Shown: piece by piece, positions 1 through 9,703 of the stretch
How the letters are laid out: each line of letters opens with the position of its first letter
Position numbering within the stretch: position 1 is the first letter of the stretch
Assembly: GCA_029288895.1 (NCBI GenBank)
Contig: JARIGK010000004.1
Coordinates: 13,621-77,620, forward strand
Source: Candidatus Adlerbacteria bacterium
Lineage (GTDB): Bacteria; Patescibacteriota; Minisyncoccia; Phycocordibacterales; SBAW01
DNA: 64,000 nt
Reading direction: 5' to 3'
The notes under the pieces: model-generated
Databases searched by the model: none
Seen by the model: the letters and a program-made list of their open reading frames with translations, nothing else
What the model was told of the DNA's origin: nothing
Made by a program: the position numbers and the translations under genes

Positions 1-250
1 CTTTGCGCTGGGCTTTGTATTTTTCAAACGCCAAGTGGCGGTGGGTTGGCTCGGGCAAGTCGTTGGCCGCGACAATATAGTCGGGCTTCAAGTCCGTAAT
101 GATTTTCAAAAGCATCGACACCAACCCATATAGCGCCCCGGTCGGCTCGCCTTTTTTTGACGTAAAGTCCGGCAACGCATGGTACCCGCGATGCAAAATC
201 GCGTGCGTATCCAAAATTACCAGCCGCTTGTTCTCCTCCGCCTTTGCCAT
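1..250 (-). CDS. polA: DNA polymerase I, N-terminal 5'-3' exonuclease domain (5'-partial ORF running off the window edge; ATG at 250..248)
   Basis: Reverse-complement of 1..250 translates as MAKAEENKRLVILDTHAILHRGYHALPDFTSKKGEPTGALYGLVSMLLKIITDLKPDYIVAANDLPEPTHRHLAFEKYKAQRK, the canonical PolI/FEN 5'-nuclease N-terminus. This ORF is not in the ORF track because it is truncated at the window edge. Confidence 0.7.
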   Translation of the reverse strand, partial: MAKAEENKRLVILDTHAILHRGYHALPDFTSKKGEPTGALYGLVSMLLKIITDLKPDYIVAANDLPEPTHRHLAFEKYKAQRK

Positions 251-341
251 GTGTGCCAATTGTAGCTTTTATTGACATGCAAATCCAAACATGAAACTCT
301 TTGATTGACAGGCTTTTCTGTCTATAGAAAAGGAGGCTGTT

Positions 342-788
342 ATGCCCTTTGATCAGCCGAGGGACGAAGATCTTCCAGACGTGGTGCTCAGGCTCGACCA
401 AATTGCCAGCCTACTCAAAGAGGACGGCTGGGTTCAGCACGGGTGGGACGACGAAGGGATGCGATGCTTGGGCCAGGCAGTTCTCGATGCCTATGGCATC
501 TGGCGCAATCCTGAGCAGAGACTGCCAACTGAACTCAACACTTTGCCGGTCGTTCGCCCCATCCGGCAAGCAATCCGCGAGATCACTGGCCGTAACTTTC
601 AGAACATCCCGCGGTTCAACGACCTGCCGTCGACGACCGTGGACATTATCTTTGCGGTCATACACAGAGCGCGCGAGAATTGTCTCGCCGCCCATCGTGC
701 GAATGCCCCTCAGGTCGAGGTAGTGCCGGCCCCTGCGCCAGCTCCGCGGATGCGGTTCGCCCGGCTCTTCGGTCTCGTTCCTGCCTAA
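342..788 (+). CDS. hypothetical protein (148 aa)
   Basis: ORF with a strong SD (aaaggagg) 6 nt upstream of the ATG and a hairpin terminator downstream. No recognisable family. Confidence 0.5.
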   Translation: MPFDQPRDEDLPDVVLRLDQIASLLKEDGWVQHGWDDEGMRCLGQAVLDAYGIWRNPEQRLPTELNTLPVVRPIRQAIREITGRNFQNIPRFNDLPSTTVDIIFAVIHRARENCLAAHRANAPQVEVVPAPAPAPRMRFARLFGLVPA

Positions 789-798
789 TCTTGGAAAC

Positions 799-830
799 AC
801 CCCGCCACGCACGTGGCGGGCTTTTATTTT
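799..830. terminator. bidirectional rho-independent terminator between convergent genes
   Basis: Perfect hairpin cccgccacg/cgtggcggg (801..820) followed by cttttatttt. Confidence 0.6.
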
Positions 831-1261
831 TCTATCGAAAGGTGGCGCTCGTCGTCGGAGTCGGTGTGTGAGAATTTTAAGATAACGTCGGGCGATGGAA
901 GCTGGCCTACGATACGCTCGGGCCACTCTATAACGACGAGGTTTTCAGGGTTGTTCAAAAATAGCTCAGGCTTGAGTGCTGCAAACTCCTCGGGTTTGTC
1001 CAAGCGGTACGCATCTATATGAACAAGCTTGGTAAAGCGGCCAAATGAAATGGGGTAGTCTTTCATCAAGACATACGTTGGGCTTTGTATTGCTTCCCGA
1101 ATACCAAGCTCCCCGGCAAGTGCTTGCGTAAAGGTCGTTTTGCCTGCGCCCAAGTCACCTTGCAACGCAACAACTGCTGCTCTCTCCCCTTCTGTAGGAA
1201 GTGATACGAGCACGTCGCGTGCAATGTTTTGCAATTCCTCTTTCTTCACCTTCATTGCCAC
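824..1261 (-). CDS. tsaE: tRNA threonylcarbamoyladenosine biosynthesis ATPase TsaE (YjeE)
   Basis: 145-aa ORF with the GDLGAGKTTFTQ P-loop and overall TsaE architecture. Confidence 0.8.
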   Translation of the reverse strand: MAMKVKKEELQNIARDVLVSLPTEGERAAVVALQGDLGAGKTTFTQALAGELGIREAIQSPTYVLMKDYPISFGRFTKLVHIDAYRLDKPEEFAALKPELFLNNPENLVVIEWPERIVGQLPSPDVILKFSHTDSDDERHLSIEK

Positions 1262-1293
1262 CAGTCTAACAAAAAAGCAGATACAATATAGAC

Positions 1294-2979
1294 ATGGTTG
1301 TTTTCCAGGACGCAGAGCAAGAAAAGCGCATCGACTTCCTCAAGCGCCGCGAAGAGGAGGAGCTGGCGCAGATGCTGTCGCAAAAATACGGTGTCGAATA
1401 CATCGACCTTTCGCTTGTCGCAGTTAACAGCGATGCCTTGCGCACCATTCCCGAGGCAGTTGCACGCGATGCTGAAATGGCCGCATTTGGCCAAGTAGGC
1501 AAACGCTTGAGCGTGGCCGTTCGTGCGCCCGAAAATCCAAAAGTTAAAGAGGAAATCCAGAAACTCACCGAGGGTGGCTATACCGTTGTTGTTTTTATGG
1601 CCTCGCAAGAAAGCTTGAAGCGTGCCTTTGAGCGCTATGCCGACCTTTCGTACGCCACGGAATCAAAAGCTGGCGTCTTTAACCTCTCCAACGAAGAGTT
1701 GGAAGAGATCCTCGCAAAAGTTAAAAGCCTCAGCGACATCGGCACACTCATAGACGAAGCCGTGAAGTCGATGAAGCACACCTATCGCATCACTCGCATC
1801 TTGGAAGTTATTTTGGCCGGCGCTCTTTCGACGAGCGCATCCGACATCCACATGGAACCTGAAGAAGGTGCCGTGCGTTTGCGCTACCGCTTGGACGGCG
1901 TGCTGGTCGACGTGCTCACCTTCGACTACGACACGTACCGCCTGTTGCTCTCGCGTATGAAGTTGCTCTCGGGCCTCAAACTCAATATCGTTGCCGACGC
2001 ACAAGACGGCCGCTTTAGTATCAAAATCAAAGGCGACGAAATCGAAATCCGCTCGTCGGTGCTGCCGGGCAACTACGCCGAGACGGTGGTGCTGCGTATC
2101 TTAAACCCAAAGTCTATCCAGGTGCCACTCGAAGAGCTTGGTATTGAGCCAAAACTGTTAGCGCGCATCGAGCGCGAAGTGGCAAAACCAAACGGCATGA
2201 TTTTGACCACAGGCCCGACAGGCTCGGGCAAAACGACGACGCTCTACGCTTTTTTGCGTAAGGTAAATAGCACCGAAACAAAGATCATCACCATCGAAGA
2301 CCCTGTTGAATATCACCTAAACGGTATCGTCCAAACACAGGTCGATAAAAAGAATTACACATTCGCCGCGGGCCTTCGCTCTGCACTTCGCCAGGACCCC
2401 GACATAATCATGGTCGGCGAAATCCGCGACGACGAAGTGGCTGAGGTGGCAATTAATGCCGCACTCACCGGCCACTTAGTATTTTCAACCTTGCACACCA
2501 ACGACGCAGCAGGCTCCTTCCCTCGCCTTATCGACTTAGGCGTGAGTGAAAAAGTTATCTCGTCTGCTGTGTCTGTCGCGATGGCGCAGCGTCTTGTGCG
2601 TAAATTGTGCGAGAAGTGCAAACAAACGCGCCCAGCAACTCCGGAGGAACAGACAATGCTCGACTTTTATGTAAACGGCTTGGTCGACAAATCACTCGTG
2701 CCACAAAACCGCTCGACGCTGTCAGTACCAAACACACAAGGGTGTGAACAGTGCCACGGCCGCGGATACAAAGGCCGCATCGGCATCTACGAAGCAATAT
2801 TTATGGACGCTGCCGTAGAAGAAATTTTGCGCAGCAAACCATCCGAGCGCGAAGTACTCCAGGCATCACGCCCGCAGGGCGTCCCGACGATGCAAGAAGA
2901 CGGCATCATCAAAGCACTCCGCGGCATCACCTCCTTGGAAGAACTCAAACGCGTGGTCGACCTCCAAATCGGCGCATAA
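1294..2979 (+). CDS. pilB: type IV pilus / type II secretion assembly ATPase (PilB/GspE family)
   Basis: 561 aa with Walker A GPTGSGKTTT, Asp box and His box, and a C-terminal tetracysteine (CEKC...CEQC) zinc motif typical of GspE/PilB. Confidence 0.85.
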   Translation: MVVFQDAEQEKRIDFLKRREEEELAQMLSQKYGVEYIDLSLVAVNSDALRTIPEAVARDAEMAAFGQVGKRLSVAVRAPENPKVKEEIQKLTEGGYTVVVFMASQESLKRAFERYADLSYATESKAGVFNLSNEELEEILAKVKSLSDIGTLIDEAVKSMKHTYRITRILEVILAGALSTSASDIHMEPEEGAVRLRYRLDGVLVDVLTFDYDTYRLLLSRMKLLSGLKLNIVADAQDGRFSIKIKGDEIEIRSSVLPGNYAETVVLRILNPKSIQVPLEELGIEPKLLARIEREVAKPNGMILTTGPTGSGKTTTLYAFLRKVNSTETKIITIEDPVEYHLNGIVQTQVDKKNYTFAAGLRSALRQDPDIIMVGEIRDDEVAEVAINAALTGHLVFSTLHTNDAAGSFPRLIDLGVSEKVISSAVSVAMAQRLVRKLCEKCKQTRPATPEEQTMLDFYVNGLVDKSLVPQNRSTLSVPNTQGCEQCHGRGYKGRIGIYEAIFMDAAVEEILRSKPSEREVLQASRPQGVPTMQEDGIIKALRGITSLEELKRVVDLQIGA

Positions 2980-3000
2980 GTACATTTTTAAAAGACACAA

Positions 3001-3030
3001 AAACCCGCACGGTCAACGTTGCGGGTTTTG
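3001..3030 (+). terminator. rho-independent terminator after pilB
   Basis: aaacccgca...tgcgggttt hairpin with a T tail. Confidence 0.55.
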
Positions 3031-3231
3031 AGGGGAGGAGTAGAGTTGTGACAGAGTTCGGGCCAAGAGATCTCTAAGCAACATTTCAATCAAGTCGAAA
3101 AGCGTGCCACACTTGAGGATAGTTCCCGCGTTTTTACTAAGTAAAAAGCCGGAGCGTCCTTAGAAAGGCGCCGAGTTTGCTTAGAGATCCCTGTAGCCCG
3201 AACTGACAACAGCCTAGCATACTTATTTTTT

Positions 3232-4254
3232 ATGTCAAGCTCTGCCGATACCCCCTCCTCTACCCCACGAAACGACACCTTTCTCGACCAAACCCTCCGC
3301 CCCGAGTCGTTTGACGACTACATCGGCCAAGAGTCCATCAAAAACAACCTCAAAATTTTGATTGGCGCCGCAAAGGAGCGCCAAAACCCGCCCGAGCACA
3401 TCCTCTTTTATGGCCCACCAGGCCTCGGCAAAACCACACTCGCGCACTTGATTGCAAAAGAGCTGGGCGGAAATTTGCGTGCAACATCGGGCCCTGCGAT
3501 TGAGCGTGTCGGCGACCTAGCCGCACTCCTTTCCAACCTCTCGCCCGGCGACATCCTTTTTATTGACGAAATCCATCGCCTCCCCCGCACCATTGAAGAA
3601 GTGCTCTACCCCGCAATGGAGTCCGGGGTCCTCAATATCATTATTGGCAAAGGCCCGTCGGCGCGCACGCTCGATTTGCCGCTGCCGCCATTTACTTTAA
3701 TTGCCGCAACCACGCGCGTCGCCGACCTCTCTGCACCGCTTCGCTCGCGCTTTTCGGGCGGCGTGTATCGCTTGGAGTTTTACTCAGAAGACAATATCGC
3801 CGATATCGTGCGCCGTTCGGCACAGATTTTAGGCGTCGATGCAGAGGAGAGCGGCATTCGGGAAATCGCAAAACGCGCCCGTTCAACCCCGCGTACGGCA
3901 AACTACCTATTGAAGCGTGCTCGCGACTACGCACAATTAAAACGCGCGCCGCTTTCAAAGCAGATGGTGGATGAGTCTTTGGGCATGCTTGAAATCGACG
4001 AGCTTGGCCTCACCCCGCTCGACCGCAAACTCCTGCTTGCACTTATCGAACGCTTTAATGGCGGCCCCGTTGGCGTGGGCGCCTTAGGTGCAGCACTTTC
4101 TGAAGAACCATCAACTATTGCCGAAGTGCATGAACCATTCCTTTTGCAGCTTGGCCTCATAGAGCGCACGCCGCGTGGCCGCGTTGCAACAGAAGCCGCA
4201 TACAAACATGTGGGCAAAACACCACCTGCCGATTTGCAGGAAAAATTAATGTAG
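3232..4254 (+). CDS. ruvB: Holliday junction branch-migration helicase RuvB
   Basis: AAA+ motifs [17 protein letters not shown] and DEIHRL, plus the RuvB C-terminal winged helix. Confidence 0.9.
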   Translation: MSSSADTPSSTPRNDTFLDQTLRPESFDDYIGQESIKNNLKILIGAAKERQNPPEHILFYGPPGLGKTTLAHLIAKELGGNLRATSGPAIERVGDLAALLSNLSPGDILFIDEIHRLPRTIEEVLYPAMESGVLNIIIGKGPSARTLDLPLPPFTLIAATTRVADLSAPLRSRFSGGVYRLEFYSEDNIADIVRRSAQILGVDAEESGIREIAKRARSTPRTANYLLKRARDYAQLKRAPLSKQMVDESLGMLEIDELGLTPLDRKLLLALIERFNGGPVGVGALGAALSEEPSTIAEVHEPFLLQLGLIERTPRGRVATEAAYKHVGKTPPADLQEKLM

Positions 4255-4272
4255 GAGTAGTATAGATTTTAT

Positions 4273-4797
4273 ATGGCAGGACACAGCAAATGGGCGAAGT
4301 TGAAACACACCAAGGGCAAGACCGACGCGCAAAAGGCGAAGTTATTTAGCAAACTCGTCAAAATTATCAGCGTCGAATTGAAGCAAGCAAAAGGCGACAA
4401 AACAGCGCCGGGCGTACGCGCCGCAGTTGAGAAAGCAAAAGCGGCAAACATGCCAAGCGACAACATCGAACGCGCGTTGAATAAAGCCGACGAAAAAGAG
4501 CTCGAACAGGTAGTCTATGAAGCGTACGGCCCGGGCGGCTGCGCACTTATCATCGAAGGGTTTACCGATTCGCGTAACCGCACCTCGCAAGAGTTGAAGC
4601 ATCTCCTTTCGCAGCACGGCGGCAGCATCGCAAACCCAGGCGCCGCAATGTGGGCGTTCCAGAAAAATGCAGAAGGCGTTCTGGAACCTATCTCCCCTAT
4701 CGAACTTTCGGACGAAGACTCGCAAAAAATGGCCGACCTTTCCGATGCGCTCGAAGAGCACGATGATGTCAACAACATCTACACCAACGCCGCGTAA
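4273..4797 (+). CDS. yebC: YebC/PmpR-family transcriptional regulator (compact 174-aa form)
   Basis: N-terminus MAGHSKWAKLKHTKGK and the YEAYGPGG...ALIIE motif are YebC hallmarks. It is about 70 aa shorter than E. coli YebC. Confidence 0.8.
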   Translation: MAGHSKWAKLKHTKGKTDAQKAKLFSKLVKIISVELKQAKGDKTAPGVRAAVEKAKAANMPSDNIERALNKADEKELEQVVYEAYGPGGCALIIEGFTDSRNRTSQELKHLLSQHGGSIANPGAAMWAFQKNAEGVLEPISPIELSDEDSQKMADLSDALEEHDDVNNIYTNAA

Positions 4798-4801
4798 TGG
4801 T

Positions 4802-5275
4802 ATGCGCGTTTTGGCATTCGACCCGGGCTTTGAGCGCTTGGGTGTTGCTGTTGTAGAAAAACAGAACGGCAAAGACGTGTTGCTGCATTCGGAATGCGTA
4901 CGCACCGCTGCATCGCTGCCCTTTGCGCAGCGTCTTTCAGAACTTGGCGTTGCAGTCGAAGCATTAGTTGAGATGTGGCAGCCGGGCGCCGTGGCACTTG
5001 AGAATGTGTTTTTTGAAAATAACGCAAAGACCGCGATGGATGTGGCGGCGGTGCGCGGTATGTTGCTCTACATTGCCGCACAAAATGGCCTGCCTTCATA
5101 CGAATTTACGCCACTCCAAGTTAAGGTCGCGGTTACTGGCTACGGTAAAAGCGATAAGGCCGCCGTGTCCATGATGGTGCAGCGCTTGGTGGCAATCCCT
5201 GCCAAAAAACGCCTCGACGACGAGCTCGATGCCATTGCTGTGGGCCTCACGTGCCTTGCATCCACACGCCTTTAA
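4802..5275 (+). CDS. ruvC: crossover junction endodeoxyribonuclease RuvC
   Basis: MRVLAFDPGFERLGVAVV... RNase-H-like fold with the catalytic D/E pattern. It is in frame within track ORF 4667..5275, and the ATG at 4802 follows the yebC stop. Confidence 0.85.
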   Translation: MRVLAFDPGFERLGVAVVEKQNGKDVLLHSECVRTAASLPFAQRLSELGVAVEALVEMWQPGAVALENVFFENNAKTAMDVAAVRGMLLYIAAQNGLPSYEFTPLQVKVAVTGYGKSDKAAVSMMVQRLVAIPAKKRLDDELDAIAVGLTCLASTRL

Positions 5276-5362
5276 GGTGCAGGAGTTGCAAAGAATTGCA
5301 GGTTTGATACAACAGTCATTGTTAATGTACTTACAAACAATTATTAGGTAGACCTATTCACT

Positions 5363-5524
5363 ATGATTGACGAGTTCGGTCCTGAATTTTTGCTCGACGA
5401 AGAAGAGGAAGAGGAAATAGAAACCCCAAGCAACGACGAAGAGCCTTCCGAGGATGAGTTGGGAGACGATGCAGATGATGAGGACGATACGTTCTCTACT
5501 GGCTTCGGCGAAGAAACAGAGTGA
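5363..5524 (+). CDS. small acidic protein (53 aa, Asp/Glu-rich)
   Basis: Plus-strand ORF MIDEFGPEFLLDEEEEEEIETPSNDEEPSEDELGDDADDEDDTFSTGFGEETE ending just before a strong terminator. No clear SD; the antisense ORF 5344..5541 is low-complexity poly-Ser. Confidence 0.3.
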   Translation: MIDEFGPEFLLDEEEEEEIETPSNDEEPSEDELGDDADDEDDTFSTGFGEETE

Positions 5525-5529
5525 TACGA

Positions 5530-5556
5530 AAAATCCCCCATCCGGGGGATTTTTTA
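5530..5556. terminator. bidirectional rho-independent terminator
   Basis: aaaatccccc-atcc-gggggatttt perfect hairpin with flanking A/T runs, shared by the small acidic ORF (+) and tyrS (-). Confidence 0.65.
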
Positions 5557-6750
5557 TTTGATCTTTATAAATCGGTGTTTACCGATTCTATAGGTCTTCC
5601 CCGAGATTGCCGGCGCATTACCATCAACAATTTTTATCTCATCTTGTGAACCCATCTGTTTTACAGCACCTGCTAAAATCAGGCGTGCAAATTCTGAGTT
5701 TGATGAAACTACCCCCGCTTTCACAACCGTGTCTCTTAGGGAACCCACGGATTGAAGTTCCTGAACATCTTCCGGGACCTCTTTCTTACTAAAAGTATTT
5801 ACCCAGTTTTCTTTTGCTTTCCCTGCAGCCGCGACGCCGTGGTACATAGTTACGATCGCAACCGCTAAACTATGTTTAGCTTCAAGCGGTGGGAATTTCA
5901 TTACAAGATCAATTGCCTCCTGTGTCGTATCTGTAAGACATTCAAAGTATGTGCGAATGAGTTCGTCTTTTACCGCCATCAATTTGCCGTACATATCGTT
6001 TGGCGCGTCATCGAGGTAAATGCAGTTATTAAACGACTTGCTCATCTTGCGGCCATCGATGCCTTCAATGAGGCGTGTTGTGAGCACAAACTTGTCGCGC
6101 TTACCGAGCGCTTGCTGCAAATGGCGCCCCGCCAACATGTTAAATTCCTGGTCGCTGCCACCCAGCTCACAGTCGACATCGAGCACCGCAGAGTCGTACC
6201 CCACCATTAATGGGTAGAGAAACTCGTGCAGCGAAATCGGCTTGTCTTCTTCGATGCGGCGCTGGAACATATCGCGCTTGAGCATCTGCCCGACAGTAAA
6301 ATTGCTTGCGAGCTTTACGATGTCGGCAAAATTGAGCGGAAAGAGCCAGTCGCCATTTTTGCGTACCTGTATTGTGCGGAAATCTAAAATTTTCTGCGCC
6401 TGGCGTTTGTAATCGCGGAAGTTCTCTTCCACTTGCTCTTTTGTGAGCGGTGCGCGCGCAGCGTCGCGGCCTGTTGGGTCGCCGATGGTTGCCGTAAAGC
6501 TACCGATAACCAAAATAGCTTCGTGTCCTAAGTCGGCAAACGCTTTTAATTTGCGAAGCGAGATGGTGTGGCCTAAATGGATTTGCGTGCCGGTTGGGTC
6601 GATACCCCAGTAGATGCGCAGACGTTCGCCCGAGCGCAATTTCTTTTCTGCCAACTCGCGCGGTATAACATTTTCGACGCCGCGGGTGAGCAGCTCATTG
6701 ATTTTTTGTTCGTCCGTGCTAACTTCTGTTTTGCGTGAAAAAATACCCAT
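5554..6750 (-). CDS. tyrS: tyrosine--tRNA ligase
   Basis: HIGH-type motif (IHLGHT), KMSKS motif (RKMSKSFNN) and a C-terminal S4-like domain. Confidence 0.9.
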   Translation of the reverse strand: MGIFSRKTEVSTDEQKINELLTRGVENVIPRELAEKKLRSGERLRIYWGIDPTGTQIHLGHTISLRKLKAFADLGHEAILVIGSFTATIGDPTGRDAARAPLTKEQVEENFRDYKRQAQKILDFRTIQVRKNGDWLFPLNFADIVKLASNFTVGQMLKRDMFQRRIEEDKPISLHEFLYPLMVGYDSAVLDVDCELGGSDQEFNMLAGRHLQQALGKRDKFVLTTRLIEGIDGRKMSKSFNNCIYLDDAPNDMYGKLMAVKDELIRTYFECLTDTTQEAIDLVMKFPPLEAKHSLAVAIVTMYHGVAAAGKAKENWVNTFSKKEVPEDVQELQSVGSLRDTVVKAGVVSSNSEFARLILAGAVKQMGSQDEIKIVDGNAPAISGKTYRIGKHRFIKIK

Positions 6751-6773
6751 ATATACCTGCTATACTAGCATTA

Positions 6774-8867
6774 ATGAAGAAACTCTGGCGCTTCGTGCAC
6801 AAGCACTGGAAAGCCATCATCGTGTGGGGTGCAGGGGCATGTTTTTTACTTGCCGGCCTTATCTTTTTGTGGGCCGCAAGCCTCCAGGTGCCCGACTTGG
6901 CATCTATCCAGAGCCGCAAGGTCGAACAAAGCACAAAAATCTACGACCGCACCGGTACCGTGCTGCTCTACAACTTAAATAGCAACACCAACCGCACCGT
7001 GGTGCCTCTGTCGCAAATTTCCCCCAATATCCAGAACGCGACAATAGCGATTGAAGACCCGAATTTCTACAGCCACCACGGTGTTGAAATACGCGCAATC
7101 CTCCGGGCCATCTTTGTCGACATCACGACCCTCTCCGCATCGCAGGGCGGCTCCACCATTACTCAGCAGGTGGTTAAAAACACCCTCCTTACCAACAACA
7201 AGAGCATTGCCCGCAAATTGGAAGAGTGGCCGTTGGCACTCAAATTGGAACGCGTACTCACGAAGCAGCAAATTTTGGAGCTGTACTTAAACCAATCGCC
7301 GTACGGCGGCAATGTGTACGGCGTCGAACAAGCGGCGGAAACATTCTTTGGCAAGCACGCGTCCGATGTCGATGTCGCAGAAGCTGCGTACTTGGCTGGC
7401 GTGCTCCCTGCCCCTTCGTACTATTCGCCCTATGGCAACCACAAAGCAGGCCTCGAAATCAGAAAGAATTTAGTTATCGACAAGATGCTGGAGTTCGGCT
7501 ATCTCACTGCAGATGAAGCTGCAGCAGCAAAGGCCGAAAAGGTCGCATTCCTTCCGCAGCGCACATCGTCAATCACGGCGCCGCACTTTGTCTTTTATGT
7601 GCAGCAATACTTGGAAGATAAGTACGGCCCAGATGCACTTGAACAAGGCGGGTGGAAGGTCACCACGTCGCTCGATGCCGACCTCCAGGTCAAAGCAGAA
7701 GAGATTGTCCAGGCACACGCTGCAAGCAACGAGGCCAACTTTAAAGCAACCAACACCGGCATGATCGCTATCGACCCAAGCAACGGGCAGATATTAGTGA
7801 TGGTTGGTTCGCGCAACTACTTCGACAACCAGATCGACGGCAACTTTAACGTTACATTGGCGGGCCGCCAGCCAGGTTCGACCTTTAAACCGTTCGTCTA
7901 CGCAAAAGCATTCGAAGATGGCTACACGCCAGACACTGTCGTCTTCGATGTCCCGACTCAGTTCTCTACCGCATGTTCAGCAAACGACCCGACCAACGAC
8001 ACGCCGCCGTGCTATTCGCCTGTTAACTACGATGGTAAATTCCGCGGGCCGATGACGCTCCGCGATGCGCTCGCACAGTCGATCAACGTGCCGGCAATTA
8101 AGGTGCTGTACTTGGCAGGCCTCAATGACAGTTTGGAATTGGCAAAATCGATGGGCATCTCAACGCTCGGCAAATCAAGCCAATACGGCCTTACGTTGGT
8201 GCTCGGCGGCGGCGAAGTCACATTGCTTGATATGACGAGTGCCTACGGTGCATTTGCACAAGACGGCATGCACTACCCTGCAACGGCGGTGCTCAAAATC
8301 GAAGATGCAAACGGCAACGTCATTGAAGACAATACGCAGGTAGGCGGCACGCAGGTGTTGCCTCCGCAAATTGCAGAAGAAATAAGCGATGTGCTGTCAG
8401 ACCCCGTGGCAAAAGCACCGCTTGGTGAAAACGATTTGCTTACCTTCCCTGGCCGCGATGTTGCAGTCAAAACCGGTACCACCAACGACTACAAAGACGC
8501 ATGGACCATTGGATACACACCAAACTTGGTCGTGGGTATTTGGGCGGGCAACAACGACAACACGCCAATGGTAAAGAAAGTCTCTGGCTTTATCGTGGGC
8601 CCAATGTGGCACGAGTTTATGGCGTATGCGCTCGGGAAGATCCCTGCACAATCCTTCACCCGTACCGATGTCGACGAAAGCGGCTTAAAGCCTGTGCTGC
8701 GCGGCCAGTGGAATGTACCGGGCAACGATGGCCAGGTGCACGAGATTCTCTACTGGGTTGATAAGAATAACCCTAACGGCCCTGCGCCGCTTGTCCCTGC
8801 CAGCGACCCTCAATACCTCTATTGGGACCTCCCCGTCCGCAACTGGCTCGCTACACACGGCATTTAA
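6774..8867 (+). CDS. mrcA: penicillin-binding protein 1A (bifunctional glycosyltransferase/transpeptidase)
   Basis: GT51 motifs (EDxxFxxHxG, TITQQ) followed by a transpeptidase domain (SxxK, SxN, KTG: STFKP, KTGTTND). Start chosen at MKKLWRF (6774) to avoid overlap with the tyrS start. Confidence 0.85.
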   Translation: MKKLWRFVHKHWKAIIVWGAGACFLLAGLIFLWAASLQVPDLASIQSRKVEQSTKIYDRTGTVLLYNLNSNTNRTVVPLSQISPNIQNATIAIEDPNFYSHHGVEIRAILRAIFVDITTLSASQGGSTITQQVVKNTLLTNNKSIARKLEEWPLALKLERVLTKQQILELYLNQSPYGGNVYGVEQAAETFFGKHASDVDVAEAAYLAGVLPAPSYYSPYGNHKAGLEIRKNLVIDKMLEFGYLTADEAAAAKAEKVAFLPQRTSSITAPHFVFYVQQYLEDKYGPDALEQGGWKVTTSLDADLQVKAEEIVQAHAASNEANFKATNTGMIAIDPSNGQILVMVGSRNYFDNQIDGNFNVTLAGRQPGSTFKPFVYAKAFEDGYTPDTVVFDVPTQFSTACSANDPTNDTPPCYSPVNYDGKFRGPMTLRDALAQSINVPAIKVLYLAGLNDSLELAKSMGISTLGKSSQYGLTLVLGGGEVTLLDMTSAYGAFAQDGMHYPATAVLKIEDANGNVIEDNTQVGGTQVLPPQIAEEISDVLSDPVAKAPLGENDLLTFPGRDVAVKTGTTNDYKDAWTIGYTPNLVVGIWAGNNDNTPMVKKVSGFIVGPMWHEFMAYALGKIPAQSFTRTDVDESGLKPVLRGQWNVPGNDGQVHEILYWVDKNNPNGPAPLVPASDPQYLYWDLPVRNWLATHGI

Positions 8868-8970
8868 GTGCAAATAATCTGAAGCTGTCTCTAACAAGTG
8901 CCATTTACGGATGGACATTTCCTAACGCTACGCTAGGATAGCGATGTTCGCTGTTATTTGGAGGAACTCC

Positions 8971-9135
8971 ATGCTGCACTGGGCTTTGGTCTTTCTGGTT
9001 GTGGCACTTGTTGCCGCCACATTCGGTTTCGGCCCTCTCGCGTCCTTTGGCATAGCGCAAATTATCTTCGTCGTTGCGCTGACCCTGTTTGTTGTCAGCG
9101 TCATCTTCGCTTTTCTTCAGCGAGGGCGTCACTGA
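8971..9135 (+). CDS. UPF0391/DUF1328 small membrane protein
   Basis: [24 protein letters not shown]... matches the UPF0391 pattern. GGAGG SD sits 6 nt upstream of the ATG at 8971. Confidence 0.6.
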   Translation: MLHWALVFLVVALVAATFGFGPLASFGIAQIIFVVALTLFVVSVIFAFLQRGRH

Positions 9136-9169
9136 CCAAAGCCGTTTGTCTTCTTGCGAGGACGAGCGG

Positions 9170-9703
9170 CTATTTTTCTAAATATGCTTTCAGTTTCTGT
9201 GCTGCTTCGGCACGCATACTTATTTTATTTTTCTCTTCGAAGCCAAGCTCGGAAAATGTTTTATCAAAGCCATCAGGAACAAAGATGGAATTCCAGCCGA
9301 ATGTTTCGTCGCCGCGAGGCTCAACGAGTGTCCCAGAAATGGCCCCTTCAAAAAATTCTACGCTTCCCTCTTCGCTCGAGTAGCCTATCAATGTTTTAGC
9401 AGTGGCTTTGCCGCCGTAGAATGACCCAAGTTTGGCGAGACCTTCCACACCAAGCGCTTCAAAAAATGATTTTATATACGGCCCAGGCAAACCGTTCATC
9501 CCGTCTATGTAGAGAGATGTATCTTCGACAATGAAGCTCCCTTGCGCGTATGTACGCGCTTCAGCGAGCTTTGCTGCGAGGACTTTGTGCGGGTCGAGCG
9601 CCTGGATTTCTGGCAGTTCAATTTCTAGCTGCTCAATAGTGGGAATGATTGCTTTAATTTCGGCAAGTTTGTGCGTGCTGCCGGTAACGAAATAGAGCGC
9701 CAT
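9170..9703 (-). CDS. rdgB: non-canonical purine NTP pyrophosphatase (dITP/XTP pyrophosphatase, RdgB/Ham1)
   Basis: FVTGSTHKLAE N-terminus and Ham1 family layout. TAATG overlap with the dnaN stop. Confidence 0.85.
   Translation of the reverse strand: MALYFVTGSTHKLAEIKAIIPTIEQLEIELPEIQALDPHKVLAAKLAEARTYAQGSFIVEDTSLYIDGMNGLPGPYIKSFFEALGVEGLAKLGSFYGGKATAKTLIGYSSEEGSVEFFEGAISGTLVEPRGDETFGWNSIFVPDGFDKTFSELGFEEKNKISMRAEAAQKLKAYLEK

Noticed and set aside
300-340. Apparent sigma70 promoter TTGACA-n12-TATAGA upstream of ORF 342..788
   Set aside because: The 12-nt spacer is too short for a canonical -35/-10 pair, so no promoter is called.
24-401. Track ORF 24..401 (-), 125 aa
   Set aside because: It overlaps, in a different frame, the much more convincing polA 5'-nuclease N-terminus (1..250, -). 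Its sequence has no recognisable features, so it is likely spurious.
4342-4905. Track ORF 4342..4905 (-), 187 aa
   Set aside because: It is antisense to yebC/ruvC and has no motifs.
5344-5541. Track ORF 5344..5541 (-), poly-Ser low-complexity 65 aa
   Set aside because: It is the antisense of an acidic GAA/GAG-rich stretch. The poly-Ser translation is a typical artefact of reading GA-rich repeats on the opposite strand. The plus-strand acidic ORF, itself only low confidence, is preferred.
9154-9399. Track ORF 9154..9399 (+), TTG start
   Set aside because: It is antisense to rdgB and has no supporting features.
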